A stretch of DNA of 64,000 nucleotides from Candidatus Borrarchaeum weybense (lineage in GTDB: Archaea; Asgardarchaeota; Sifarchaeia; Borrarchaeales; Borrarchaeaceae): the NCBI GenBank assembly GCA_019057385.1, contig JAHQJS010000005.1, positions 379,130 through 443,129 on the forward strand, read 5' to 3'. Position numbers and translations under genes: made by a program. Shown here piece after piece: positions 50,934 through 60,427 of the stretch (positions are counted from its first letter, which is position 1; the number at the start of each line of letters is the position of its first letter). The notes beneath the pieces are model-generated. The model was not told the origin of the DNA and ran no database searches. It saw only the letters and a program-made list of their open reading frames with translations.

Positions 50934-51156
50934 TTGGAAAAAATTGAACTTGAACCTAAGGCTTTTCTGTTTCCCAAGCCTATCGTCTTAGTAGGGGGCC
51001 GATGTAGAGGATAAACCAAACTACATGCCCGTTGGATACTTTGACATCGTTAACATGAAACCATTTATCATTTCAGTAGCTATGGACAAGTCACACTACA
51101 CAAACATTGGAATTAGGGAAAATGGTATGCTTACGAAAAACGGTATGACCCTCTAG
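50934..51156 (+). pseudogene. flavin reductase (flavoredoxin)-family fragment, frameshifted and truncated
   Basis: LFPKPIVLVG / frameshift in G run / ADVEDKPNYM...ISVAMDKSHYTNIGIRENG, then stop. Confidence 0.7.
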
Positions 51157-51311
51157 CACGAAGACCATAACTCAATTGTGAAACACGAAAAGAAATCTTA
51201 GTTACCTATGAATTGATTAACAGTTTTTGCGGTCCTCTTATGGTATCTGATCTTGCCCTATTCGTAAAATTATAAAGCAAGTTCGTTCGATTTCCCAAAA
51301 AGGTGAACTAT

Positions 51312-51494
51312 ATGCCGTTTTGGAAATGTGAAAATTGTGGATATACTTTTCAGGCGGGTATGCCCCCAGAAGATTCAATATGTCCCAGTTGTAAAGAAAA
51401 ATGTACATTCAAGAACGTCACGTGTTATTTAGAGGAGTGTGGAATGCTTCCCGAGCATCCAGAGAGCGAGCACATAGATCCTCGATTAGTATAG
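51312..51494 (+). CDS. rubredoxin-like small protein
   Basis: WKCENCGY...[16 protein letters not shown]. Confidence 0.8.
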   Translation: MPFWKCENCGYTFQAGMPPEDSICPSCKEKCTFKNVTCYLEECGMLPEHPESEHIDPRLV

Positions 51495-51656
51495 CAACTT
51501 TTCTTTCATTTTTTCTAGGAATTTTGATCCTCCAATATTCAAATTTATCGATACAAGAGGCAACATTTTTCAAGACAACTTCAATAACCATAAAGAGTTA
51601 TTAACAGAGGCTAAAGATTTAAAATGTAAAAATTCTATTACCACTACATCTTACAA

Positions 51657-51765
51657 GGGCCCGTGGCCTAGCCAGGATAGGGCGCAGGCCTTCTAAGCCT
51701 GATTGCGGCCCTCAAATTGATTGCTGCAGAGGAGACCGCGAGTTCAAATCTCGCCGGGCCCGCCA
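51657..51765 (+). tRNA. trnR: tRNA-Arg(TCT) with ~31-nt intron in the variable region (~51702-51733)
   Basis: acceptor GGGCCCG/CGGGCCC, anticodon arm CAGGC-CT-TCT-AA-GCCTG, T arm GCGAG-TTCAAAT-CTCGC, CCA. Confidence 0.9.
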
Positions 51766-51770
51766 CTTTT

Positions 51771-52122
51771 TTATTGTTTGGATTTTTCTTGACAGTATCT
51801 TACAAGTTTCTGTGCGCCTTGAGATAACAATTTATTCTCCTCTTCTGCTAGAGGATTCTCTCTAAGAAGTATCATTTGCAATTTTTTTAAGTTCTCTAAA
51901 CCCTTGATTTCTTGTATCTATGATTGTCGGAAAGAAATAATATTTGCAGATTGACTAGATGCTCTAGACTTTTGATTTCTTTAATCTGGTTATCACCAAG
52001 CCTTAATGTTTTGATATTTGTAAGATCCTCTAAGCATTTGCTCTCGGCAATATCAGTGATTCTTTTATTAAAAAGAAAAGTTTATCGTCTCTTATATAAG
52101 ATTTCTTCCTTTTAACTGTCAT
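51771..52122 (-). pseudogene. SDS22-like leucine-rich-repeat gene remnant (two frameshifts)
   Basis: ITDIAESKCLEDLTNIKTLRLGDNQIKEIKSLEHLVNLQILFLSDN/IQEIKGLENLKKLQMILLRENPL...GAQKLVRYCQEK*. Confidence 0.78.
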
Positions 52123-52144
52123 AAAATCGTTTGGCATCCAGCGA

Positions 52145-52615
52145 TCAACCTTTAATTTGTGTAGCAATCTGCTTTCCAAGTTCTTTCGTTTTAGGAAACT
52201 CCTCCTCTAGGATTGGTCCCTTCATCTCCTCAACTTTTATTGATAAGCCAGGTGTCATCAGTTTTGACCCAGGAATTTTTTCGTTTATTTTTTCCTCCAT
52301 TTTTTTCACTGCTTTCTCGAAGTCTTCTTTTATATAAGTATCAAAAACCGCAATTACTTTGCCTTTCAGGTCGAGTTTTCCAAGTTTGTCAATAAACTTC
52401 TTAGCAGTCCTGGTCGGTCCACCAAAATGATTAGGACAACCCATTAGAATCGCGTCATATTGCTCTATTGTCTTTAAGTCGACTTTTTTCATATTACTAA
52501 CTGTAACCTCTATTCCCTCAACTTCTTTCATACCTTCTGCAATTTTTTCCGCGACAATTTTGGTATTACCATACTTTGTATCAAAGGCAACTAGTACCTT
52601 CGTCAAACTATTCAC
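52145..52615 (-). CDS. flavodoxin domain protein
   Basis: DTKYGNTK.VAE.IA, GCPNH.G, AVFDT. Confidence 0.88.
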   Translation of the reverse strand: MNSLTKVLVAFDTKYGNTKIVAEKIAEGMKEVEGIEVTVSNMKKVDLKTIEQYDAILMGCPNHFGGPTRTAKKFIDKLGKLDLKGKVIAVFDTYIKEDFEKAVKKMEEKINEKIPGSKLMTPGLSIKVEEMKGPILEEEFPKTKELGKQIATQIKG

Positions 52616-52680
52616 CTCTTAAGTTTGGATACGGAGTGAGTAGGTATCCGCCTGTCTTTAATTAGTTGGTATTTTAATGT

Positions 52681-53658
52681 TTAATGTTTTGTGAAATGTT
52701 CATAACCTCTTGGGTAAATCTCCCTCGTTTTTTCACCTTCAGTATAAAATAAGCCTTCTGCCTTTACTACCCTACCAATAGGTATAAGCTGTCCCTTCAC
52801 GGCATTTAAAGCTGCAGAAGCATGAACTATTTTTTCCGGTGGTATTGTAACAATTAGTTCAAATTCTTCGCCGCCGTAAAAACATAGGTCGAATGGATCA
52901 AGATGATTGAGTCTTGCAAACTCCTCCACTGATAAGTCAATAGGTAATTCATTGATTTCTATCCCAATATTGCTTGCCTTTGCTATTTCGTGAAGAGACC
53001 AGGCTAATCCATCACTGGAATCTATGCTTGCTGTGGGTACTCGTGATTTTGCTAAAGCGCACCCTTCATCTAGGCGTGCTCGTGGATAGAAGACGGCTTC
53101 AATAAATTCATTTCTTAAATATTCAGGGCATTCAAGATTATCAAGCAGGATTTTAAAGCCGGCAGCTGTCTTTCCAAACATGCCTGTCACACAGACTAGA
53201 TCTCCTTCTTGAGCTCCCGCCCGTGAAATTAATTCGTCTTTATTAGTAATTCCTAGTGCTATTCCTGCAATAACCAGATCATCGGCTTCATTTGTATCGC
53301 CTCCGAGATAAGGTATTCTATACAAAGAACATGCTTCTTTGAAACCGTGAAGCAATTCCTCAATATCATTTTTGCTATAATCAGAAGGAAAACCTAAAGC
53401 GGATAAAAATCCGACTGGTGTTGCACCTTTTGCAGCTAGATCGCTAACATTCATAACAATGACTTTTTGCCCAATTTGTCTTACTGCCATTCCTTGAGGG
53501 GCGTCTGTTTTTCGTACGAACATGTCTGTGTTTATGACTAACACTATTTCTCCGATTTCAATGGCGACAGCGTCATCATTAAATGGAAGCAAAGAACTCA
53601 AAGAATCGCCTATAATCTCGTAAATTAAAGAAATGATCTTTCGCTCACTTAAAGTCAC
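52681..53658 (-). CDS. thiL: thiamine-monophosphate kinase
   Basis: DDA, N.SDLAAKGA, GGDT, DSSDGL, GGEEFEL. Confidence 0.93.
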   Translation of the reverse strand: MTLSERKIISLIYEIIGDSLSSLLPFNDDAVAIEIGEIVLVINTDMFVRKTDAPQGMAVRQIGQKVIVMNVSDLAAKGATPVGFLSALGFPSDYSKNDIEELLHGFKEACSLYRIPYLGGDTNEADDLVIAGIALGITNKDELISRAGAQEGDLVCVTGMFGKTAAGFKILLDNLECPEYLRNEFIEAVFYPRARLDEGCALAKSRVPTASIDSSDGLAWSLHEIAKASNIGIEINELPIDLSVEEFARLNHLDPFDLCFYGGEEFELIVTIPPEKIVHASAALNAVKGQLIPIGRVVKAEGLFYTEGEKTREIYPRGYEHFTKH

Positions 53659-53780
53659 CTAAAGTCACCTAATGTCTCTTGATCAACCTATTAATAATTT
53701 GATTTGATATTACACTTCTAATACAATCATGAACAAAAACTCTATAATACATTACGAAAACTGGCATTTAATGAAGAAAT

Positions 53781-54707
53781 GTGGAACGAAAAATGGTTGA
53801 AAATGAACAAACTGATGATTCAGTTGAAAGACGAATCGTCCTTAAAGCTATTGGTAAAATTATACTTCCTACAATACTCTCCATTTCACTTGCGGTATTT
53901 CTCGCGTATATTTCTATTTTAGGACAAACTAAAGTTGAAATAACTCCATTCTCAGAACAAGAGGGAGGTCTAGGGGCTGCAGGTCTCAACGCACTGGTAT
54001 ATGTAATTGCAGCCCTACTTGGGGCGAGTTTGCTTGTGATTCTGTTAAAACGTGGATACGGTAAGATTTTAAATGCGTTTATGTTCTTTGGAATGACTTT
54101 AGGAGGAATTTTGTTAACAGGATACTTTGGATTAGCTGTTTTAGTCATTCTTAACAGCCTGAATTTATTCTTTATTCTCACGATTATTAGTGTACTAATT
54201 GGTATAGGCGCTGCATATGCTTTACTTAAGAAAAATATTTCAAATCTTTATTTACAAAACGCCATCATCTTGGGATATGGTGGCGGACTTGGCGCTTTTT
54301 TAGGAATCGCAATGCCTACATGGTCAACGATTCTTCTTCTGATCGGTCTTTCAATATATGATATTTTTGCTGTAACACGTGGTCCTATCAAACAAATAAT
54401 TGAGTATAGTGAAGAAAAAGAGGTTCAAATGCCTGCAATGACCTATTCTAGTAGTGAGGAGATAGAAATTGGTCTTGGAGATCTAGTATTCTATTCGATG
54501 TTGACAGCGCACACCTTTTTGAACTTTGGATCATTTCCTCTGGTGATGGTTTCTGGAGGGATTCTTGGGGGTTTAATGATTACCCTGAAACTGTTAGAAA
54601 AGAGAAAAATGCTTCCTGGATTGCCTATCTCAATTACATTTGGACTTGTAGCTCTCTTTCTTTCATTATTACTTTCTGGTCAATTTGGATTACTACAGAT
54701 CATTTAA
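53781..54707 (+). CDS. presenilin-family GxGD intramembrane aspartyl protease
   Basis: SIYDIFAV..GP, IGLGDLVFYS, LPGLP; about nine TM segments. Confidence 0.88.
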   Translation: MERKMVENEQTDDSVERRIVLKAIGKIILPTILSISLAVFLAYISILGQTKVEITPFSEQEGGLGAAGLNALVYVIAALLGASLLVILLKRGYGKILNAFMFFGMTLGGILLTGYFGLAVLVILNSLNLFFILTIISVLIGIGAAYALLKKNISNLYLQNAIILGYGGGLGAFLGIAMPTWSTILLLIGLSIYDIFAVTRGPIKQIIEYSEEKEVQMPAMTYSSSEEIEIGLGDLVFYSMLTAHTFLNFGSFPLVMVSGGILGGLMITLKLLEKRKMLPGLPISITFGLVALFLSLLLSGQFGLLQII

Positions 54708-55977
54708 CCAGACTTGAATATAATTGCTTATAGCGTTCGAGCATAAGAGAAAGAGTATATTCTTTTTCAACAATTATTCTGCCTTCTGAACCCATTTGTT
54801 GAGCTTGGTGTTCATCACTTAAGATATCTTGTGCCGCGTTCGCAAGTTCTTCAACATTATAAGGTCTTACAAGAAGACCATTTTTTTTATGTCTAACAAC
54901 TTCGGGAAGTCCACCGACATTCGAAGCAATCACAGGCGTTTTCATAGCTAATGCTTCCAGAGGCACATAAGGGAATGGATCTGGCCAGATTGAAGGAACA
55001 ACCACCACATCTGCTGCTGAATATGCTTGAGGAACAAGCACCGATGGGATTCGCCCTGCAAATATCACATGCCTTTCAATCTTCAATTTTTTCACAAGCT
55101 GTGTTAAAAACGGCTTTTCTTCGCCACCCCCCACAATAACAAGCTTACAGTCAATTTCTTTTAGAATTATAGGCATTGATTTTATCAGAAGTCTAATTCC
55201 CTTTTCTTTTATGAGACGACCGATACTAAGGATAATTTTTTGCTTTTCCAGTTTGAAATGTTTGATGAAATCCATAGCATTAAGATCAGGAATAAATTTG
55301 TTTAGGTCAATACCATTTGGAATGACTAAGACTTTACTTAACGGAATGTCAATTCTTGCTAATGATTTTTTGAGTGCATGACTTGGTGTAGTAATCGCGC
55401 GTATTCGATCGAAAACCTCACGTTTAATCATTAAACTCCTTTTCCAAAGTTTCCAAAGAATTGGAGTAAGAAATGGTTTGCCAATGAGAGGTAAATAGGA
55501 CGAAAAGCAATTTTTACACGCAGTTTCATCAACAGCGTTGCAAATATGATTATCAAAATAACTCCTCTGAAAGAAGCAAACTGGCCAATAATTGTGAAGA
55601 GTAAGCACAGCTGGAATTTTTTTTTGTATAGCAACATAAAGTGGAGCTAAAGACATAAAAGGGATACTTTGTGCATGGAAAATATTCGGAGTTATTTTAT
55701 TAATAAGTTTGGATGTTTTTTTAATGCTATATGGATCTATAAAAAATTTTGATAATTGTGGATGCAATTTGGGGCGATATCTGTAAATTTTGATGCCTTC
55801 ATAGTTTTCAAGGGATGGTAATTTTTCAATTTGACGTGTTAATATAGCAATTTGGAAATTATCATGTAAAAAATGTTTAGCTAGTTGATAGATATGTTCC
55901 TCTACACCTCCTATCATGTGGGGATAGAAATAATCCGAGGCGTATAGAATTTTCACAAAAATCACCGTAACAGACAA
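54700..55977 (-). CDS. GT4 glycosyltransferase
   Basis: GG.E.H, IPNGID, GRL..EKG, PS.W.DPF..V.LEA. Confidence 0.9.
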   Translation of the reverse strand: MSVTVIFVKILYASDYFYPHMIGGVEEHIYQLAKHFLHDNFQIAILTRQIEKLPSLENYEGIKIYRYRPKLHPQLSKFFIDPYSIKKTSKLINKITPNIFHAQSIPFMSLAPLYVAIQKKIPAVLTLHNYWPVCFFQRSYFDNHICNAVDETACKNCFSSYLPLIGKPFLTPILWKLWKRSLMIKREVFDRIRAITTPSHALKKSLARIDIPLSKVLVIPNGIDLNKFIPDLNAMDFIKHFKLEKQKIILSIGRLIKEKGIRLLIKSMPIILKEIDCKLVIVGGGEEKPFLTQLVKKLKIERHVIFAGRIPSVLVPQAYSAADVVVVPSIWPDPFPYVPLEALAMKTPVIASNVGGLPEVVRHKKNGLLVRPYNVEELANAAQDILSDEHQAQQMGSEGRIIVEKEYTLSLMLERYKQLYSSLVK

Positions 55978-56086
55978 CTAAATGCACGTTATTATTAAGA
56001 AGTTTTGGACAGGAAAAAATTAAAAAGAGATACGTGTTTCGACCATAAAAGTGCTAACGGAATGAACTACATCTGGAGCTGTAAGA

Positions 56087-57493
56087 TTGAGTTATAATTT
56101 ACTAGAAATGACTCCTGAGGAAATTAAAACGGGAATTGTTGATGGTAAGATTACTATAGCGATTCTCGGTCAGGGGTATATTGGGTTACCACTCTCATGC
56201 TACTTGGCAAGAAAAGGTGCAAGAGTAATCGGAGTTGACATTGACCCAACTGTTGTTGAAAAGATAAATGCGGGATCACCCCATATCTATGAACCTGACT
56301 TAAAGGAAACACTACAAGTTGTACTGCAAAAGGGAAATTATCACGCAACTGCTGATGTAAGCGAGGCTGTAAAGCAAAGCGAAGTCATTATGATCACTGT
56401 TGGAACGCCTGTTGAAAAAACTGGTATCAATTTTTCTTACGTTGAACGCGCATGTAAGGACGTAGCAGGCAGTATGAAACAAGGATGTATGATCCTCTTA
56501 AGATCTACAGTAGCTCCTTTGTCTACAGAGAAAATTGTTCGTGAAATGCTAGAACGCGAATCTGGAATGGTTGCTGGTAAAGATTTTGGTCTTGCTTTTT
56601 GTCCAGAGCGAACTGTGGAAGGAAACGCATTCAAGGAACTACCAAGACTTCCAAGAGTTATTGGGGGTATAGATAAGAAAAGTACTGATATAGCTGCTGC
56701 AATTTTTGAGGTATTGACAACTAAAATTGTAAAGGTGAGTAGTCCAAGAGTTGCTGAAATGGCAAAAATCTTCGACAATGTTTATCGAGATACCAATATC
56801 GCCCTCGCCAACGAGCTTGCAGTTATCTGTGAAAAATTAGGTATTGACGTAATTGAGACAATAAAAGCATGCAATACGGGCTATGATAGAACGAATATGC
56901 TCATTCCTGGTGCAGGTGTAGGAGGTTCTTGTTTAAACAAAGATCCGTATATTCTTTCCTATTCTGTACTCGAAAAAGGATTCGAACCATCTCTAATACT
57001 TTCTGCTCGTGAGAGAAATATTTCAATGCCCAGACATATAGTGGATCTTGTCAAAACAGCCTTTGATGAGATGAAGAAAGAGCTTAATGGTTCAAAAATA
57101 ACTGTCTTAGGTTTTGCATTTAAATCGAATACAGATGACACGCGTGAGACGGTTGCAGTCCCAATTATCTCTGCTCTAAAAGAACAAGGTGCAAATGTAG
57201 TCGTATTTGATCCTTATGTTTCTCAAGAAAAAATAGAATCTCAGGTAGGTAAAATCAATAAGGCTAACGCAATCATTGAAGCAATAACGAATAGCAATTG
57301 TATAGTTGTTCTAGCTGATCATCATGAGTTTAGACAGTTAAATTTGCCAGAAATCAAAAAACATCTTGCAACACCAGCAGCGATAATAGATGGGCGCCAT
57401 ATATTCGATCCAAAAGAAGTTATAAAAGAAGGATTAATTTTTAAGGGAGTAGGACGTCCCGCGTCATTTTTCAAAGAGTTATTTGAACTATGA
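56087..57493 (+). CDS. nucleotide-sugar dehydrogenase (WecC/UDP-GlcNAc-type)
   Basis: GQGYIGLP, CPER..EG, PG.GVGG.C..KDP, G.AFK..TDD.RE. Confidence 0.9.
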   Translation: MSYNLLEMTPEEIKTGIVDGKITIAILGQGYIGLPLSCYLARKGARVIGVDIDPTVVEKINAGSPHIYEPDLKETLQVVLQKGNYHATADVSEAVKQSEVIMITVGTPVEKTGINFSYVERACKDVAGSMKQGCMILLRSTVAPLSTEKIVREMLERESGMVAGKDFGLAFCPERTVEGNAFKELPRLPRVIGGIDKKSTDIAAAIFEVLTTKIVKVSSPRVAEMAKIFDNVYRDTNIALANELAVICEKLGIDVIETIKACNTGYDRTNMLIPGAGVGGSCLNKDPYILSYSVLEKGFEPSLILSARERNISMPRHIVDLVKTAFDEMKKELNGSKITVLGFAFKSNTDDTRETVAVPIISALKEQGANVVVFDPYVSQEKIESQVGKINKANAIIEAITNSNCIVVLADHHEFRQLNLPEIKKHLATPAAIIDGRHIFDPKEVIKEGLIFKGVGRPASFFKELFEL

Positions 57494-57510
57494 GTTATTT
57501 TTAATACATA

Positions 57511-58632
57511 TTAGAACGACTTAATTACTTCTCTATCGAGAACCTCCATGATAGAGTTCCAATCATATTTCTTTACAACCAATTCTCTGGCCTTCTTGCC
57601 AATTCTATTTCTTAAGTTGGCATCTAAAATCAATTTGATGACTTGACTTGAAATTTTGTTCATACCATCGGCTAAAACTATATTTTTTCCATTTTCTACA
57701 ACAATTCCCTCCGCACCTAGTCTTGTAGAAATGACCGGTTTTCCGATAGCCATATATTCTAAGATTTTCAGACGTGTCCCAGAACCTGAAAGGATTGGTG
57801 CGATTGCAACATCTGCTGCCGCAATATATTCTGCCACATCTTTGACATAGCCTGTATAAAGAACAGATTTGTGTTTGAGATGAACAGGAGGATTCATCCC
57901 AACAATGAGAAATTTGCAATTTGGTATTTGTTGTAAAACATTTGGTATAATCTTGTGGAATAATAATTCAAGCGCTTCTAAATTTGGTTTGTAATCTAAT
58001 TTGCCCATAAAAAGTACCACAGGGTCAGATTCCACATTATATTTTCTTCTTATTGAGGACGCGTCAATATTTGGGTGCAATTTCTTAGTATCTGCCCCAT
58101 TAGGGATGATATGTACTTTGTCAACTGGTATGCCTAAATTGCCTAACGCTCTTTTGTCAAGTAAAGAGACTGTTAGAATGCTATCTGAAAAATTAGCTAA
58201 TCCTTTTTCTAATATGAATGAGAATATCACACGTTTGAAGTTTTTCATGCGGATGGCTCTTACAAACTCCACATTATGCTCATCAAGAACCAATTTTCTA
58301 CTATAAACCTTTTTTAGGATTAAAGCAGGTAATAAAGACCATAAATGTGCTGAAATGATAACATCTATCTTGTGCTTCTTAGTAATTTGATGACCGATTT
58401 TAAGAAGATAGTACATGTTAAAAAGTGTCTTAAGATAACGTTTTGGTTTAAAGTTTATTATGTGTAAGTTATTAAAGCGAACTTGATCTTTATCGTTTCT
58501 TGGAGCAATTAGGAAAACTTTATTGCCCAATAAAGCAAGATTTTTAGCCATTTCAAAGATTCTAACACTAACTCCTGATTTAGGAACTGCTTCAAAATAA
58601 CTTATAATCAATATTGAATTCATTAGTTTCAT
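57511..58632 (-). CDS. GT4 glycosyltransferase
   Basis: DEHNVE, IPNG, F.GKLDY.PN, GSGTRLKILEY.A. Confidence 0.9.
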   Translation of the reverse strand: MKLMNSILIISYFEAVPKSGVSVRIFEMAKNLALLGNKVFLIAPRNDKDQVRFNNLHIINFKPKRYLKTLFNMYYLLKIGHQITKKHKIDVIISAHLWSLLPALILKKVYSRKLVLDEHNVEFVRAIRMKNFKRVIFSFILEKGLANFSDSILTVSLLDKRALGNLGIPVDKVHIIPNGADTKKLHPNIDASSIRRKYNVESDPVVLFMGKLDYKPNLEALELLFHKIIPNVLQQIPNCKFLIVGMNPPVHLKHKSVLYTGYVKDVAEYIAAADVAIAPILSGSGTRLKILEYMAIGKPVISTRLGAEGIVVENGKNIVLADGMNKISSQVIKLILDANLRNRIGKKARELVVKKYDWNSIMEVLDREVIKSF

Positions 58633-58653
58633 CAGTGAGTTTTCGCTATTGCT

Positions 58654-60123
58654 TTAAGTGAATTGCTCCGACCTAAGTTCGGAACTTCTGTCCTCACCGA
58701 CTGTTCTGTCAACACGGGTGCATACACTTAGTCGGCTCATCGACAGTTCGGGGTGATTCACTGCACCCCCCGTTCCCTTCAGGAACACTTGAGGTAAGTG
58801 TTTATGCTTTTTTTGACGTTTTGATTGAGTAAGATATTGTAAGCCATCCTGGAGAATGTTAAAAGCGGCATTAACATCCCTATCGGCAGCAAAACCGCAT
58901 TTCAAGCAAACGAAGTCCCGATCATTGATATGGACTTGACGCGAGCCGCATTGAGAACAGCGATGGGTGGTCCACCATTCATTCATCAACACTGGTATGC
59001 CATCCTGCTGGAAGATCGCCTGGGCGAGTGTTGCCGCCAATTCTTTGAACGGCCATTGGTTGGTGCGCTTACGATTTTTACGATGTCCTGAACCTTTATA
59101 GTGGGAATACCGAATTTTTTCGGGATGTCCAATAATCACCAACGCTCTCGCAAAATATTGACTGATTTCATGAGCCAATTTGTGCCTAAAGTCCTTCGCG
59201 AAATTATTTCGTTTGTAGTACAATTTCTTAAGAACGACAAATTTTCCAACACGTTTAAGTTTACCGATACGGTTGTTGAGACGCCGCATCGAAATGAAGA
59301 AATCTTTAAAATCTTCTTTAGGGAAAATATGAACTTTCGTTGTACCAGATAAATTGGAAGTGACTGCTACTGCTAACCGCTTCAAACCGAGATCTATCCC
59401 CGCTATAGACTTCACACTAGGCCTAAGGTTTTTTTCAATGACCACATGCAGTTCATAGCGCTTCAGACGATAATTTTTGATTATTTGAAAGGACTTCATC
59501 CGCCATTCTTGGTCCAGTAAATGTTGCTGTGCATAGGGATAGATATGGAGTGGAATGCTGATACGATTCCGTTTTTTCAAAGTTGAAATTCGCGCCCACA
59601 TCGTAAATAACGTGGCCGTATGCGACCAAGCCAGTTCGCCTACACGGTAGTCGAACATGACTGGAACCTTTTTACGAATATGCGGTAATGACGGTTCGCG
59701 TTTCAGCCAACGGTAAAGTTTATGCCGTAAAGTTTGTAAGCGTTTTTTATCGTGGGGGGTCTGTTTTCTGGTCAAACTTTTTTTACAGGTCTCGATACTC
59801 TTGTTAAGTCTCTTTAAATCTTTTTGCCAATCGTGATGCAGTTCTTGATACGAATGATACATCCACAGCGCTTTGTCACGGCACATTTGTACAAATGCTG
59901 ATGAGAGTCCAGTTTTCTTCTCAATTTCGTGCCGAAAATGCTCCACTTCTCTAACTTGAGTTAGGTTTTTCTTTGTAATTTTCTCTAAAAATAACTGCAC
60001 GCCGTAGGTTAAACGCCCAGTCAGTTTGTCTAGAAACCTTATCTTTTTCTGCGTCGTTTGATCAGCAACAGGCAACACTAAGGTCTTACAAAAGGTTACC
60101 GGTGCGTTCAGTTGAACAACCAT
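58654..60123 (-). CDS. tnpB: TnpB RNA-guided nuclease with rearranged RuvC-II
   Basis: GIDLG (RuvC-I), IIG at usual Glu position, NEWWTT, CSQCG...CLKCG Zn finger, DRDVNAA.NI (RuvC-III). Confidence 0.88.
   Translation of the reverse strand: MVVQLNAPVTFCKTLVLPVADQTTQKKIRFLDKLTGRLTYGVQLFLEKITKKNLTQVREVEHFRHEIEKKTGLSSAFVQMCRDKALWMYHSYQELHHDWQKDLKRLNKSIETCKKSLTRKQTPHDKKRLQTLRHKLYRWLKREPSLPHIRKKVPVMFDYRVGELAWSHTATLFTMWARISTLKKRNRISIPLHIYPYAQQHLLDQEWRMKSFQIIKNYRLKRYELHVVIEKNLRPSVKSIAGIDLGLKRLAVAVTSNLSGTTKVHIFPKEDFKDFFISMRRLNNRIGKLKRVGKFVVLKKLYYKRNNFAKDFRHKLAHEISQYFARALVIIGHPEKIRYSHYKGSGHRKNRKRTNQWPFKELAATLAQAIFQQDGIPVLMNEWWTTHRCSQCGSRQVHINDRDFVCLKCGFAADRDVNAAFNILQDGLQYLTQSKRQKKHKHLPQVFLKGTGGAVNHPELSMSRLSVCTRVDRTVGEDRSSELRSEQFT
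58658..58780 (-). ncRNA. putative TnpB omegaRNA / IS right end overlapping the tnpB 3' end (5' boundary approximate)
   Basis: terminal hairpin TCCGAACTTAGGTCGGAG then CAATTCAC end motif, typical of IS605-group right ends. Confidence 0.6.
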
Positions 60124-60427
60124 ACCCCTTATCTCACCTCTCAAAAAACTATCCCTGTCGTCTAATTGACAGCGAACTTTATTTCATTGGATTTTCGTCG
60201 AGAATCTATCTTAAACCAGCTATTTAAATTTTGGGGACTATCGTGAAAGTGAAACAAAACACTATTCCTCTCAATCTAAAGGACGAATTCTTCTTTCGTA
60301 GGAAAGATAAAGTTATTATTGTCAAATCCATTTCAGTTTAGTAAATTTTAAAACGGCAAGTAAAATAGAAAAGAATTGTTTCAGAATCTATCCTCACGTG
60401 CGCAAATCAATGGAGTGAATCAATAAT

